Source of the DNA: Octopus vulgaris | Taxonomy: Eukaryota | Assembly (NCBI GenBank): GCA_951406725.2 | Contig: OX597822.1 | Coordinates: 5,394,001-5,458,000, forward strand | Reading direction: 5' to 3' | DNA length: 64,000 nucleotides | Shown here: piece by piece, positions 37,975-55,037 of the stretch | Numbering within the stretch: position 1 is the stretch's first letter | How the letters are laid out: each line of letters begins with the position of its first letter | Translations under genes and position numbers: made by a program | The notes under the pieces: model-generated | Database searches by the model: none | Told to the model about the DNA's origin: nothing | What the model saw: only the letters and a program-made list of their open reading frames with translations

Positions 37975-38621
37975 TGGTACTTAAAATGCAAGGCAGTCAA
38001 CCGGATAGTGTAATGTAGCTATTTAAGCTTGTTATATGTGAAGGAGAGTGCTTGTGTATTTAGAGAAAAGTTAGGCATAAGAGGATTTACACGCTGTGTG
38101 CAAGAGAGACGATTGCACTGGTTTGGTCATGTGAGGTGGATGGATACTGAGAGCTCCATAAAGAAGTGCTAATCTCTCAAAGTAGAAGGAATATGTGGAA
38201 GTGGGAGACCCAGAAAGACATGGGATAAAGTACTGAAGGATGATATCTGAATGCTGAACCTTTCAGGCAAGATGACAAAGGAGCAAGAGGCCTTGTGCCT
38301 AGATGTACTCAAGAAGACCTGTGCTCCACAGCAGAAGTGTTAAGAACAGTCCTGCTGCTGGAGAGGATAGGCCTGCAAGAGTCCTGTGCTTGGTGCCATG
38401 TAAAATGCACTTATGCCAATGCCATGTGTGAGTGCTCATGTTGTGCAACATAAAAAGCACCCAGCACACTCTGTAAAGTTGTTGGCATTGGGAAGGGCAT
38501 CCAGCTGTAGAAACCATGTTAAATCAGACTGGAGCCTGCTGCAGCTCTCCAGCTTGCCAGCTCTGGTCAAACTATCCAACCCATGCTAGCATGGACAACG
38601 GATGTTAGAGGATGATGATGA
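37975..38621 (+). mobile_element. RTE LINE 3' fragment
   Basis: LREKLGIRG..CVQERRLHWFGHVRWM..VEG.CGSGRPRKTW; ends ccaacccatgctagcatggacaacggatgttag-(gat)n. Confidence 0.88.
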
Positions 38622-39089
38622 GCATTGTCTTGTAGCTAGGGTGTTGGGTTCACAATTGTAAAGTTGTGTGTTTGGTCCTTAGATCAATTAATGTATTGCG
38701 TTCTTGAGTAAGGTGCTTCATTTCATGTTGTCCCAGTCACCTCGATACTCAAGTGGAAATGAGTACCAACCAAATGCTGATGCAGCTTTCCCTCTCCACC
38801 CAACACGTCCACAATGAACTGCAGCATTAAGGATAGAATGATCAATTGCAGATGACTATGTTTGCTTGCAATTATATGGACACCTAAAACAATTAACAAA
38901 AGCATGGTAGTTGCTATGAAGTCATAATCATAGCACTTGGTTATGTTGTTTCCCTTTATTTGTCTAAAACTACACTACTCTCTCACTTACATGTTAAATA
39001 TTGATTTCTTTCGATAAAACTTAAAATGCAATATTTATGAAACTAAAATAAGGATGCATAACATGCATATTTTTCCTAAATACATAATA

Positions 39090-39470
39090 GGCGTAAGCGT
39101 GACTGGTTGGTAAAAAGCTTGCTTTCTAAACACATAGTTTCAGGTTCAGTCCCACTGTATGGCACCTTGGGCAATTGTTTTTTACAATAGCCTTGGTCTG
39201 CCCAAAGCCTTGTAAATGAATTTTGTAGATGAAAACTGAAACAAGCCTGCCATGTGTGTGTTTGTGTTTGTCCCCCACCACTATTTGATAGTTGGTGATG
39301 GGGTGTTTACAGCCCCATAACTTAGTGGTTCAGCAAGAGAGACTGATAGAATATGTAACAAGCTTAAAAGAAAAAAATAAGTACTGGGGTTGATTCATTT
39401 CACTAAAAGTTTTGTAGGCAGTGCCCCAGCAAGGCCACAGTCTAAAGACTGAAACAAAAGACGAAAGATA
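39090..39470 (+). mobile_element. SINE family A
   Basis: Colinear with family A. Confidence 0.85.
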
Positions 39471-39850
39471 ACGAAAAGGGAAAATAACATGAAGAGACAA
39501 CAAATAACACTGAAACAGCAGCACACTCTTGGTTTGTCAGTAGTTTACCTCCCAAGCAAACAGCACTCAACGATTACAGATATACAATGGTTTACAGAAT
39601 TAGTGCAGTTGTTTACATCAAGTGAAGTATACACTTGTTTACCTATTTCATTGATTCAAGAGAGATGAAAGACAAAAATTAACAGAGGAAACTGGTAATA
39701 AGAACTGAGAAAGATAAGATTATATGCTAGGAAATATTCTGTTTATTGATTCGAGTCACATCCATGCCGAATTTGCATTGATCTATGGCCATCGTTTCCC
39801 TAAAGTCAATCGTACAGGGTAACCTGCTGAGTACATCTATCGCCTATGGG

Positions 39851-39948
39851 ATATATATATATATATATAAATATACATACACACACACATGCATATATAT
39901 GTAGATATATGTAGTATATATATGTATATGTATATATAAATATATTTG

Positions 39949-39995
<47 letters not shown>

Positions 39996-40241
39996 GCATA
40001 TATGTATATGTATATATAAATATATTTGTATGTATATATATATATATATATATGTATGTATATATATATATGCATATATGTATATGTATGTATACATATA
40101 TGTATATGTATGTATACATATATGTATATGTATGTATACATATATGTATACATATATGTATATGTATGTATACATACATGTATATGTATATATGTATATG
40201 TATGTATACATACATATATGTATATACATATATGTATATGC

Positions 40242-40289
<48 letters not shown>

Positions 40290-40291
40290 AT
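39851..40291. repeat. Compound (AT)/(GT) microsatellite
   Basis: Direct read. Confidence 0.95.
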
Positions 40292-40445
40292 AATGGATAA
40301 TAAAATGAATGGCTTACACCTGCTAGCTTACTGGTAAAGTATGGTCAATTTCACAGTGAATATTATTATTAGGTATATAGCTAATGAAAGACAGAAACTG
40401 GAATATACGAGAATTTGTTGTTATTTTAATGAGTTGTATTTATTT

Positions 40446-40561
40446 TTCACCCGATGAGATACATCTGCACCGCCAGATGTTCCTGAACCAGTTGTTGAGT
40501 GTCCAACCCAAGAGGAATCGCTGCTAAATGTGTCGAAACAATTGTCATAATTAACAATAAA
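40446..40561 (+). other. Decayed minimal hammerhead-ribozyme-like motif (Penelope/retrozyme-type terminal repeat relic)
   Basis: CCGATGA (40451-57; consensus CUGAUGA), stem II gatacat/atgtgtc, GAAA (40535-38), palindromic stem III acaattgt, C at 40546, then AATAAA. Confidence 0.5.
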
Positions 40562-40594
40562 TTCTCATACACTCCATCTTTTGTCTTTCATATG

Positions 40595-42905
<2,311 letters not shown>

Positions 42906-43019
42906 AATGTATAGCTCTCACATGACCATTGGCCATCTTTCTTTCTTTCTCCCTCTCCATTGTAGCTGTAACAAGGAAGATATATCATACATTACACTCG
43001 TCTGTCCAATGTAGTTGTG

Positions 43020-43600
43020 TACTATATTGGACAGACGGGTATGTCCTTGAGAAAGAGAATCCTTCTACATAAAGAGCAAATCCGTTTCTCGCAATACACC
43101 AAATTCCTCTCAGTGAACATATAGAAAAATGTGCAGATAACATCAAACCAAATTTCACTGTCTTCCCCTTCTACCAATGCAAAGGCACAATCCCTCTACA
43201 AGAACGTGTAAATAACGAAACTTTTCTCCTTGAAAAATACGGAACACCTCTTAATATGCATACATAACCAACTTTTATCTTTTTACATATTTCAATTCAC
43301 AATTACATCACTGTATATAAATCCCATCACTAAATAAGTTTTTTGAAACCCTTTTTATGTCTGTACATATATATTCCCCTCTCATTACCGAAAGCTGAAC
43401 AGTTATCTCCCTTGTCCTTATTTTTCTACTTGTGAAGTCATTCACTTGTAAATATCATCACACACAACATGGACAAAACTTCTTCTTAAGAATATACATA
43501 TTCAAAGAAGTAAAACATAATACCATGAATAGCAATAGCGAAACCGGTTGATATATTAAAGATTATATTAAAACTATGTAAAGTGTGTGTATTTTCCTTT
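43020..43600 (+). mobile_element. 5'-truncated Penelope-like element (GIY-YIG endonuclease C-terminal half plus terminal repeat)
   Basis: YYIGQTGMSLRKRILLHKEQIRFSQY/(fs)QIPLSEHIEKC..FTVFPFYQC..QERVNNETFLLEKYGTPLN* (43020-43267); downstream gcgaaaccggt (43538-48) resembles the PLE minimal-hammerhead end. Confidence 0.8.
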
Positions 43601-43669
43601 TTTTAATTTCTTATATATATATATATATATGTATATATAAATATATATATGACCATTCCGAAATATAAC

Positions 43670-43714
<45 letters not shown>

Positions 43715-46672
43715 GGGATCAATCTACTTTCTGCAATAGAGTTAATGTCTTGAACTATCATGAATCATTCTAAAGATTATTCTATTAGTTAATTTCTCAG
43801 CACACTTGTATACATGGCTGTACTTCATTAATTATATTTATATTTTACATACATGCAAATGTTGATGTTAAATCTATTATGTAACTAACAAGATTATGAA
43901 ACGGCTGTAAACAAATAGAATAAACATGTATTCTCTCACTCACTACTCTTATTTGGTCTATTCATACATATGTGCGTGTATGTGTGTGTGTGTGCACGTT
44001 CAAGTGTGTGTGCATGCATGCGCACATATACAGGTGTGAATTGATAACAGGAAGGGCATCCCACCAGAGGAAACATGCTTCAACAAATTCCATTCATGCA
44101 AACAAGGAAAGAAGTTATTGAAATGATAATGATGACAACATTGAAGAAGAAGATAATGATGCATTTAAAGTAGATACTAAAAGTGTTAAAAAATGTTCTA
44201 ATATTTTCTATAGACAGAAACTCCGAGTAAATAATCAATTTTTTTTATTTGTTTCTTTTGTTTTTTTCACTATTTATTCTATAAATTCATTTTTAGATTT
44301 GTTTTTTTCCTTAAATATTTAGACCTGCTACACTAAAAATATACCAGTAAATGTCAATCAGAGATGTGTTCTTATATTCAATAAATTGTCTGCTAAAAGC
44401 AGTCTTCTTTCTTTGAGATGAAGCAGTTTATTTTTTACATATACATATCAAAATCAACATCATCATCACTAAAGCCATTACCTTTGTTATTATTGATATT
44501 CTTCTTATTATTATTATTGTCATCATCATCATTCTTGTTGCTGTTTATCACATATCTGTTTATTTTTCATACCATTGTTATTATTGATATTATTATTATT
44601 ATTATTATTATTATCATTGTCATCATCATCATTGTTATTGTTGTTTATCACATATTTATTTATTTTTCAATGAAACTGAGGAAGTTCTAATAAAATTATA
44701 GAAAATAGAAACAATCTAAGAAACAAAGACAACTCTTCTACCAACTCCAAAGAATAAAAAAAAAATATGCTAAAATGTAAAACAAAAAACACTATCAAAA
44801 AAGCAAAATATTTGAAGGGGGAGTACAACAAATATACAATTTTTTCAAAAATAATAATAGAAGTAAACAGAGATAAATGTAAATAGGCAATGATTATTGA
44901 TTGAAGAATACAGTAGAAAGAAAGAAAGAGGGCATGGAGGAGGAGGAGGGGAGGAGGAGGAGAGGAAGAAGAAGAAGAAGAAGAAGAAAACTTGAAGAAT
45001 GAGAAAAATTGGAAGAAATTTTAAAAGGAAGAAACAAACTCATGACTTCGAGGGGAGCAGTTTTTATTTGGTTTTATAGTACTATGGTTGGCTTTTTATA
45101 CCATTTTACTTTCCCTTCCAGTTAGATTTCTTTCGATATTGTTCAATTGGTTTAGATGCCAGATAACAATATAACAATAAAATTTGTATAAAAAGGTAAA
45201 TTTAATAGACATTATACTTTAAGGCATAAGAGACTAGCAACTCTATAATGAAATGTACTTAATATTATTATTATTATCATTATTATTGTCATCATCACCA
45301 TCATTATCAATATCAAAACATCCTTTTTGTTTTAGTTCCACTTCCTTTTTTCTTTCTTTCTTTCTCCTAATTCAGTTTGTTGTCTTTCTTGTTTTCTTCC
45401 TACACATTCTGAAACATTTCTCAAGACAAAACCACATAACCAACTCTGTGTACATTTAATTTAGAGACAGATATTCTGGAAAATAGTTCATCCCTTGTAG
45501 CTCAGTTTCAAATTAAACTTTTTCAAAAACAATCCAGAGACAATACTTCTACTACAATAGGATGTGAAAATGCACGGGTAAGTGCACATATTAAAGATAG
45601 CGTGTGCGTGTCTGTGCATGCAAACACATTCTGAAAAGAGTGTCTGTAGATGCATATGAACATATATATATAAGAGCTTGCATGTGTTTGTGCACACATA
45701 TAACATTGGTTATCTGCATGTGTTTGCTAACACATACAAATGAGAGAGAGAGAGAGAGAGAGAGATTCTGATGCCATCATATCAATATCGGTAGTGCCTG
45801 ATTTACCATGTTGGCATAACTGGGCAGTACATTGGATTCCCTTTTCATTTTGTTTTTATATTGTTTTTAAAAAAATTAAAAAAAAGACCGATTTCATGGT
45901 CTGTAACCTTTGCAGTAACAACTGATATAACAGGAACAATTGAGCACATTGAACTTTCCAGCAATATTGCTTAACTTTGTCTTTACAAATTTAAGAGTTC
46001 AGTCCACCCTGAAGTATATTCAAATTTTATTTCAGAATCTTTCCACTAAATTTAATTTGAAACTTGAACAGCCACATGGGTCATTTTGCAAATAAAGGCA
46101 GAAAATAAAACTCAAATCAATTTACATACTGAGTCTTGCATGGCAGAATAAAGAAGCAGTGATATAGAAATGGCACTGGTGTATGACAAAAAAGTGAAGT
46201 AGTGTGAGTACATAGAGTGAGTCAAAGAGTTGGAAACATTGTAAGCAGCATGAGAGTATCCGAGAGATGAAATTAATTTATGCTGAAGTAAGTAGAGAGA
46301 AAGAAAGAGATGGGATTAGAAATAACGGCAGCAATAGTAGCACTGCAAAAAAAAGAGGAGAAGAGATAAGTAAAGTGATAGGAACACTAATGGTAAGAAG
46401 AGAAGTAGGAGTCATGAATAGATATCTATGCTATTGTAGAAAGAAAAAGTTAATGATGATGATATAAGCATCAGATAGAAGAGAACGGATTATGACAGAG
46501 TAGAAGACAGCACAACCAGTGTTAGAAACGGTGATCGGTGAAAATGTAGCTATAAATAATAGAAGCTAAGGCAGTCAATGTCAGCTGAGAAAAGAAGAAA
46601 GAAACAGTGATTTCCTCCACAGATGACAGGAGCTGATGCAACGTGATTTTATACATACATACATACATATAC

Positions 46673-46708
<36 letters not shown>

Positions 46709-46859
46709 TGCCTTTTAAATATTATTTCCATGATGTATTGTCATGGAAAGAACTCTTAAATAACCAGATAGAAATACATACAATACATATCATGAAGTCA
46801 AGTGAAAAAATATTAGCAAAAGTGCTTACTTCTTTAGAGTACTGTGACTAGAAAATGCA

Positions 46860-46922
<63 letters not shown>

Positions 46923-46924
46923 CA

Positions 46925-48063
46925 CAGGGTGCGTAAGATATTTGAGGACAGATTTATGTTTATTAATAAAAACATATATATTAACAGGTAATAACTTTAT
47001 TTATCAAAAAATGCTATGAAGATAAAAATAAACCTTCTTTTCTATGATGTTATTGAATAAAGCCGCCTTCAGCTTCAACAACTGCTCCTATGTGACATCT
47101 AAATCATCTACATGTTGTAATCAAGTGGTCCAGGTTCATTTTGGACATTACTCTGACTATGCCAGCTTTCAAAGAAACTTTGGTGTTATGGGTGTGTTCA
47201 GTGACCTCTCTCTCAATAATGCTCTACATGTAATATTCCAATGGATTGAGATCTGAGGAATTAGAAGGCCAAATGTTAGGGGTTATGTGATCATGAAAAT
47301 TTTCAGCCATCCATTCCTGTGTTACTAGAGCCATGTGTGACAGTGCAGAGCCTTACTGAAACACAAATGGCCTTCCACTGCATACATTGTCTATCCAGAG
47401 CTTAACAATTATTTCCAGGACCTCAATGTAGGCAGCAGAGTTAACTTTAAGGCTTTGTGGAAAGAAGTAAGGAGGCATCACATGTCCTTCATTGCTGACA
47501 ACTCCTAAAACCATGACAATTTCAGGAAATTTTGCATGCATAACACTTGGAACTTGCATATAACCATTTCCCATTTCTTCTGTTAACTTTTTGATCTTGG
47601 TCCAAGTTTTTCTCCTTTGAGAAAAAACAAAACCAAATCTTTTTCTGCTGGATTTTTCAATTTGTAGTAATTTTCTATTGCTTTTTCTGACAAACTGACC
47701 TTTCCTCATCATATAAGACTTATATCAAATGTCTTCATAGACAACATTTCTAACTGTTCATTCTGACACATGGAGATCTTTCACAATTGACCTTTTGGAT
47801 GTTCTGGGATTGTAATCAATGGTCTGTTGAACTTGCTGGATAAATTCAGATGTTCTGATGATTTCAGAGCATTTACAATGCTTTTTATGCTTTGATTCTG
47901 GTGATACGTTTCCATCTTCAGTCTCTAACTCCTTACAATCTTTGTAGACGAAAGATCTAGCAACTTTTAAAATTCAAGATATTTCTAAATCACTATGCTT
48001 AGCCTTTATAACCATAATAACAACATGCTTGTTCACTTCTTGAGTAAGCTGAGGGTCTGCCAT
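46925..48063 (-). mobile_element. Decayed Tc1/mariner element of the maT (DD37D-like) group
   Basis: CAGGGTG terminus next to (TA)n. Pseudo-ORF 48063-47050: VMVLGVVSNEGHVMPPYFFPQSLKVNSAAYIEVL..FVFQ*GSALSH..TQEW..IWPSNSSDLNPLEYY..VVEAEGGFIQ; 37-residue spacing with decayed catalytic residues. Second TIR not found. Confidence 0.85.
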
Positions 48064-51000
48064 TATTATTATTATTGTGTGTTCATAGAAAAAGAGAAAT
48101 TTGGGTTTGAAAGGTTCTTTCAAGCATGTTTAGGACAGGGGTACCTCTATTGCGCTAGTACCATGGGAAATGTATGCAATAAATTCTGTGAAGTGTAAGG
48201 ACGAGAGTCTTGTGGAGGATATGTTATCTCCCTAGTGCAGATATCACAAAAAAAGCACCTAATTTGGGAAGTAGTTAGTATTACAAAAGACAACAGGCTG
48301 TGTGGAAAATAAAACACGAATGAGATATGAGCCAATGCTCCATCTAGAGGAGCAGTTCCTCTGAATCCATGCTTACTCCAACCATGGCAAACCATCCAAT
48401 CTATGCCAGCATGGAAACAATTATCAACATAACATGAGAGGAAAGGAAAACAGTGAGAAAGAGAAAATATATTTGCTTGTATATTTGCATGAGAATGAAA
48501 ATCAGGATCCAACAAATATTGTTCTGTTAAGTACAATTTTATTTTAAAAGTAAAAAGTAGAACAAAAGAAAGATAATGTGATGAGAGAAAGAGAGAAAGG
48601 GAGGGAGAGGGAGAGAGAGAGAGAGAGAGAGTAAATGAGAACATTGAGACGTAGAAATGCCGGACATAGATGAATTGTGTTCAAAATGAATCAAATAACA
48701 ATGATTGATTGATATTCATTATCCACCATAGTTGCAGCCGGTAAATTATGATATAAAATTCCAAAGCATTTTGGAATGTCAAAATCTGAAGAACATGAGA
48801 AAGAACAAGGTGTATCACATGCAGAATTTCAAATGCTGTCCTCTAATTAATGTTAAGCTAGTAAATTTTGGTACCAAAATCTGCTGCCTTTTAATCATGA
48901 ATAAATAAACTACTGAATTTTATGCAACATTTAACCTCTCTTTCCTTTCCTAGCAGCCTCTCATCCCAATTGCCTTCATTCAACCATCATACTCTCATTC
49001 CCTTCACACTGCATCATTCTAGTTCTTTTTTTGGGCATCACTTTCACTTCTATTCATCTTCTTTTTCTACCATATTGTCTTGAGTGTATGAACATCATGA
49101 AGTGGTGAAAAGTCTTAAACTTTAAGGCGTACAAGATGACTTCTACTAGTGATGTACCTATGATAAAATGCATCCAACATGCTTCATAAAATGCTGGTGA
49201 AGAAGCAATGATGACATTGGATTGAGGGGGACTCTGATTTTGCTGAAGACATGACAACCTCTCTAGCGCTTGTGCTATGATAAAATACACACCCAATACA
49301 CTCTAAAGCAACTGGCAATAAAATGAGCGTCATAGAAACCAAATTATCTATGAGGTCTGTAATTTTGAATAAGAACTTAGATGTATTGTAACAATCCATT
49401 CAGTTCCTGTCGGTATGGAAAATGGACATGAAAGAGCAAGTGCACATGTGTAGGTGTGAAGAGACAATTATCCAAGGGTTGGTGGTTCATACCCTGTTAG
49501 CAGAAATTTGCAATGTCTATGGGCATGCTACTTAACTAGCAACAGCCCACTAGGTATAGTTGTAAAAAATACTGTATCACAATATGTTATAAGATCCTTG
49601 GTATCAACAGTGGTAATACTAAAATTTCAAAACTGCTTTATTGATTTGCTCTGCTGAGTGCAAATTGTTTTTATGGCAACTACAGTACACTGGAATTCTG
49701 ACATACAAGAGTTATTTTACAACCATGTAAGCCTGCAAACATTTTAAATTAAGGATCATTTTGACAAGCCTATCAAGTTAAAAGGCAGAAAGATGAATAT
49801 TAGTTCTTTTATCTGACTAATCAAACTATAAAATAAGTTCTTAGAATCTAGTATAACAGAATATAAACATAATCATAAAAATAAAAAGGAAGAGAAAAGA
49901 CTCTACTAAGAGAAAGAACAATTAAGTGAAATGTAATTTAAGCTGGCGAATAGGATAATGAGATTGAACAAATGCCTGTAGCTACAAATATTAAAATACT
50001 TTAATAGTCACAATTCTTAATATACCAATAACATGTTGATTCAATCCAGACAAATGATGACTGAAGTGAATGAAGAAGATCTATATTCCATTGGCTGTGA
50101 GACATGAGATTCACTAGACTGTATAGCATAAAAGTTAACTAAAGCAGCTAAATCTAAAGGAATCAAGAAAACAGCTGGGGATTTGTAAAAGAGAAGGTTG
50201 ATGTAACATATATGAAAATGTGATTAATAAAATAACAAATAAAAGTGTCTGACGAGATTGAAACAGCATTAATTCCAGTGATCTATGTTTTAAATCTTCT
50301 TTGACTGAAGCACTAATGATTCACCAAAGAGAATTGAAGATCAAAGAATAAATTTTTAAAAAATGGCAAGATGTGATTGCATAGATCCACCAAAGAAAAC
50401 CAGATGTAAAAACATGAACGGTGGTAATGATGATGGAGATACTGGTGGAGGTGATATGAATGATGCTGTTCATGAAGATGACAGGAAACAGCAACAGTGT
50501 TTTAAAGTAACGAAATCCATCTCAATATAGTTAGAAAACTTATAATATTTGAATAAACCTTTCTATCAAAAGTTCATGGGTAAATTTTTGCAGCGATGAG
50601 TTGTAACTAGCTGAATTAATTCTCTTTTAATACCAACCCAGCCAAGACCACCCTGGTTCTATGATACAAACTTCTACTTTTAAACTGACCTAAACTAGAA
50701 CCTTACAAAATTTCATGCTGGTTTGTGTTCCAAACACCAGTTTAATAACGACAAAGTTATTTTACGAAAATTCTTCATCACTTTTTAAAACCAATTGACA
50801 TGAAAGCAGTGTGTTTCATCAGAAACAGGATAACATATCTACCCTGTGGACATCATGAGAAAAATAGAATATAATTTAAAAACCATAAGTACCTAAAGTA
50901 GATCACAATACAGCTATTCTTCTGCACTGTATGTATGCATATTTGTATGTATGTTTGTACGTACATATATTATTGGTTATGAAACTGTTAATTAACAATG

Positions 51001-51474
51001 AGTTGCAAAAAGAAATACATGAAAAATAAACAAGTTAAGGATGGCTCACATTGTGACATAGATTAACTTTTAAACAATTGAAAAGGCGTACTTAATCCAA
51101 GCATCTTTGGTAGAAGAGAGCAGAAATAAAAATGATTTTATATGCTATTACTGACTCTTAAGTTAGCTATGTTTGAATGTTTATCACCACTCCTTTCTTT
51201 AAGTGGTTGAATGGTTTTAAAATGCCAATTAACAATCATTGGCAGCAATGTTGTTTTATACACCACATATTATTTACCAGTTTCCATTAAAAAATTGCTA
51301 CTCTCTGAAGGTTCCAACATTACTCCATCACCTACGACTGCTATCAACATCACGAAAGCAAGTGAAGTAGTTTCTTATTAATTGTTCAACTTGCTGATCT
51401 ACCGAGTAAATCATCTCCACTAACTCCCTGCCTACTTTAAAATCACTCTGAAACATCCAAACAGCTTGCAATTT

Positions 51475-51512
51475 TTAATAGCTGCACTCTTCATCTCCTT
51501 CAGCAGAACTAC
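51475..51512 (-). CDS. Candidate last coding exon of an unidentified gene: (G)SSAEGDEECSY*
   Basis: Acceptor tttcAG at 51514-13; phase 1 joins the 56815-56842 exon in frame; TAA at 51477-75. No homology recognised. Confidence 0.4.
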
Positions 51513-54500
51513 CTGAAACTTTACAATAGCATGGACAACACTTCAACCAGAAATAACGACAATGAGAACAAAAATGGCATTGAATTTCTCCATTAATGAA
51601 ATCAGTATGATATTCCACAGAAGTTTAATTCCTGCAGTTTACATCTTGATCATCCTGATAGTGAATATTCAAATTTCATTTGAGGAAAGTAAAAACCAAA
51701 TAGTCTTTGTTGTACAATAGAAAGAGGAGAAAAGCAAAAAGACCTGTTCAATCATTTGAAGACGGATACTAAAGCAGGATGTTATAAAATTATAAATAAA
51801 TCCAAAAAGAATACAACGATAATAAAGTTCTATACATTGCCAAAAAGATTTAGGTAATTAAGTAAATTTCTTTACATTGAAATAACTTACAAATATACTC
51901 AATTACAAAATCTTTGAAAAATACAAATATGTTAAAAATCAAAACTGCACAATATAACACAGCTGTCTCTTTTATCTATTTTTAGTTCTTCCTTTATTGT
52001 TGGTTTCTATTAAATAACTTTAATATGATGCCAATGCTGCATTTGGTTGACTTCTTCTGATTCTTAAGATGCTGGTTTACACAGGAAAAAAATATATTCT
52101 AGAAATACTGTAATGGCACTAGTCTCACAGAAATTCTAACAAAAAAACTTAAAAACAACTACACAAAAACTATCATGAAGCAAACAACAAAAAGAAACTA
52201 CAGAAGAAAAATCAGGTGATTTTATGAGAAACTCCTTTAATGACTTGTACAAGTACAGATGGTAGGGAGCCAAGAAAACTCAGGCTAATTTAGTATCCTT
52301 AAAATCATGAAAATCAACTTATCCTCTCATCTTATTAAATACTGATTCATTGGTTCCAACCATTCTGATAGGAATTATTTTTGAAATGTCTCCCATAATA
52401 AAAAACATCAATTCTGCAAAAATGTTTTTTTTTGTGGCCCCTGATAGAGTTGCTTAAGCTCAGCATTATGTACAAAATGTTCAGCAGTTATCTCATGCAC
52501 TTGCATGAGTTGTTTCCTGAAGAGATGTGTCCTCCTCAAGGTACCTATTAATATCTAAGTGGACTGATGTAGCATGACGCATTTTTTTCTTTTTCTTTTT
52601 GCACAGTAAGGAATGTAGTAACATTCTGGAAACGTGCTAGATTAGCAACACACTAATGAACTAGTGGTAGAATCAATTAACTATGTTGACCTTGACTTTA
52701 AAATAAACAAAAAAAGGTGGGTGCATGTCTAAAAAACTAATCATTATTCATGACCATGGGAGGATAGCATGTTGATAAAAACGGAGAAAGTATACAACTA
52801 ATTATATAACTATGCAATACTCTTAATCATACTTAATTAACATTTCTTCCTTCAATCCCAATTATTATCATCACTTTTATCAAATAAACAAATCCTTATT
52901 TACATTATTATTATAATTCATTATTTGTCAATCTTCCCTTGAAGAGGGGAGCTAGACTTACTGTAGTATCTTCATATTACTGGTTGCATATCCATTACTT
53001 TTTTGCATATATCACTGGCAAATTATGATTATTACATAACTCCTGGCTTCCTGAAACAGCTGTTGACTTAAGGCTTTGCATAATTTATCTATATTCTAAT
53101 CTGTATTGTGCTCCATGTGTATATATCAAACTTAACAGTGTTTATCTGCATGACTACCTCCATTATTATCAAATTGTTGCATCCCTGAAGACCGAGCAAG
53201 CCATATTGCCAGAATAACATTTATCAATTTTTTCCATGCTTTTTGTCTTTCCATCTGTACTTATTCCTCAATGATTTCATAGCATTTATCCCAATTTTAA
53301 AACTGGTATAGGATTGACTTATTTAGCTGATACACTTCTCTTTTTAACATTTCAATCAATTATAATTATTAACAACATACTAGACTTAAATATTATACAC
53401 TATCGAGTTTCATTCTTTTAAATCCTGAGTTTATGAGTTTATATTGGAATCTGGGGGTGATTCTGTCTCCCATTCTTAGAAGTATGATAAAATAAGTACT
53501 AGACATGTGTGTACCAGTGTGAAATCAATCAACAGTTGTAGCCTTCACCTTCAAATATGCGGCTTGATGCCAATGAGTTGTGAGAAACCACTGTGAATGT
53601 AATTAAGTATTGATGCAAGAGTAAGGAATTTGACAAGATATTTCACAACAACAAGTTGTGCATGTTTTCATTCTGGGCTGAAATTTCACTAAGTCTTACT
53701 CATTAATCTTATTGATAATGAAAGATGGAGAGAAAAAAACAACAAAATAGAAAAAAAAAAACAAAGTAATATAATGATCTAAAATCAATTAACTATAACA
53801 CCTCCCTTAGTGGGAATGGAATTGTGCATAAGAATGAAATCTTTATTACTGAAATAAAATTCCTTCAATCCATCACTTTAAGTTACAAATATAAATGAAT
53901 TTAACAAAAAACAAAACATTATGAAAACAAACTAACAAAAAACACAGCAGTATAAGGTGACAGTGACAATTAAAAGCTAGAATTAATTTCTAAAACTTAA
54001 AAAAAAAAGTCAAATAAAATAAAAACCACTTTAGCTTATCAATAAAGAATTTTCAGTGTTTTGTTGTTATTTTTTAATTGTGTCATAGAGTGTTTTTGTT
54101 TTGTTCAATTACTTTTTCTTTTACAAGTCATGAAATTAAACAAACAGTTTAATGTGTTGCCAATCTAACAGCTTAAAATTTTGATAAAGTTTTCTATTAC
54201 AGGTTTTAATTTATTTTTTTATTCATTTAAACATTTGGATTTCAAAAACATAAATAAATGAATGATAAAAGCTGACAAAAACAGAATAAAAAAAAAAAAG
54301 CAGGACACAGAAAATTCAATTCATTACTAATGTTTAAAAGTTAAAACAAAATTAAACCCCCAAATTAACAAAAAGTAATAAATAAATGGTAGCCATAAAA
54401 AGCAAAGAAACAAAAAAAGCAAAAATCAGGAACAATAAGTTGAGAAAAGATAATGCTATTGATTACTAATAGTGTGTAGATGCTTGATTATACAGATGTT

Positions 54501-55018
54501 AATCAATCGTAAACAGCCAATATGGTGTGTGTGTGTGTGTGTGTGTGTTATTTCAGGTTTCTTGTGAGCACTATTGGAGGCATGTAAACTACTAAAACTT
54601 GTTGTATGGTTGGGACATTGATGACAAAATTGACACACGCAAGGAAGGTTGCTAGAAACTTCAAAAGGACAGAAATACTATCTGTCAAAACTATAGCTGA
54701 ATCCAACATGGGGGTGGGTCAGTGGCCATCAACAATAGCACAGATATTAAAAAATAAATCCTAGATTAGTGACTAGTGCATTGTAAGCTCACTAAGAATG
54801 AGGCACTGCTGAACTTTCATTACAGTATAACTTTAGGAGAAGGTGAACTAGTCTTGACCATCTTGAGTATCTTCAGTACCAGTTGAAGACCCCGGTGCTC
54901 CTATACTCTGATCCTGCAGCTTATTTTTGGATCACACCAACAGGGTGGGGAGGTCTAACGAGATATAGTGAAGCTTCATTGGAACTAAAATTCTGCACTA
55001 ATAATGCTAAATTCTCAC

Positions 55019-55037
55019 CTCTATTTCTTTTTTAAAC
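55019..55037 (-). CDS. Candidate 19-nt alternative micro-exon giving the C-terminus (G)LKKK*
   Basis: Strong acceptor ctccctttttctgcAG and donor GAG|gtgaga; phase 1 joins the 56815-56842 exon. Confidence 0.4.
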
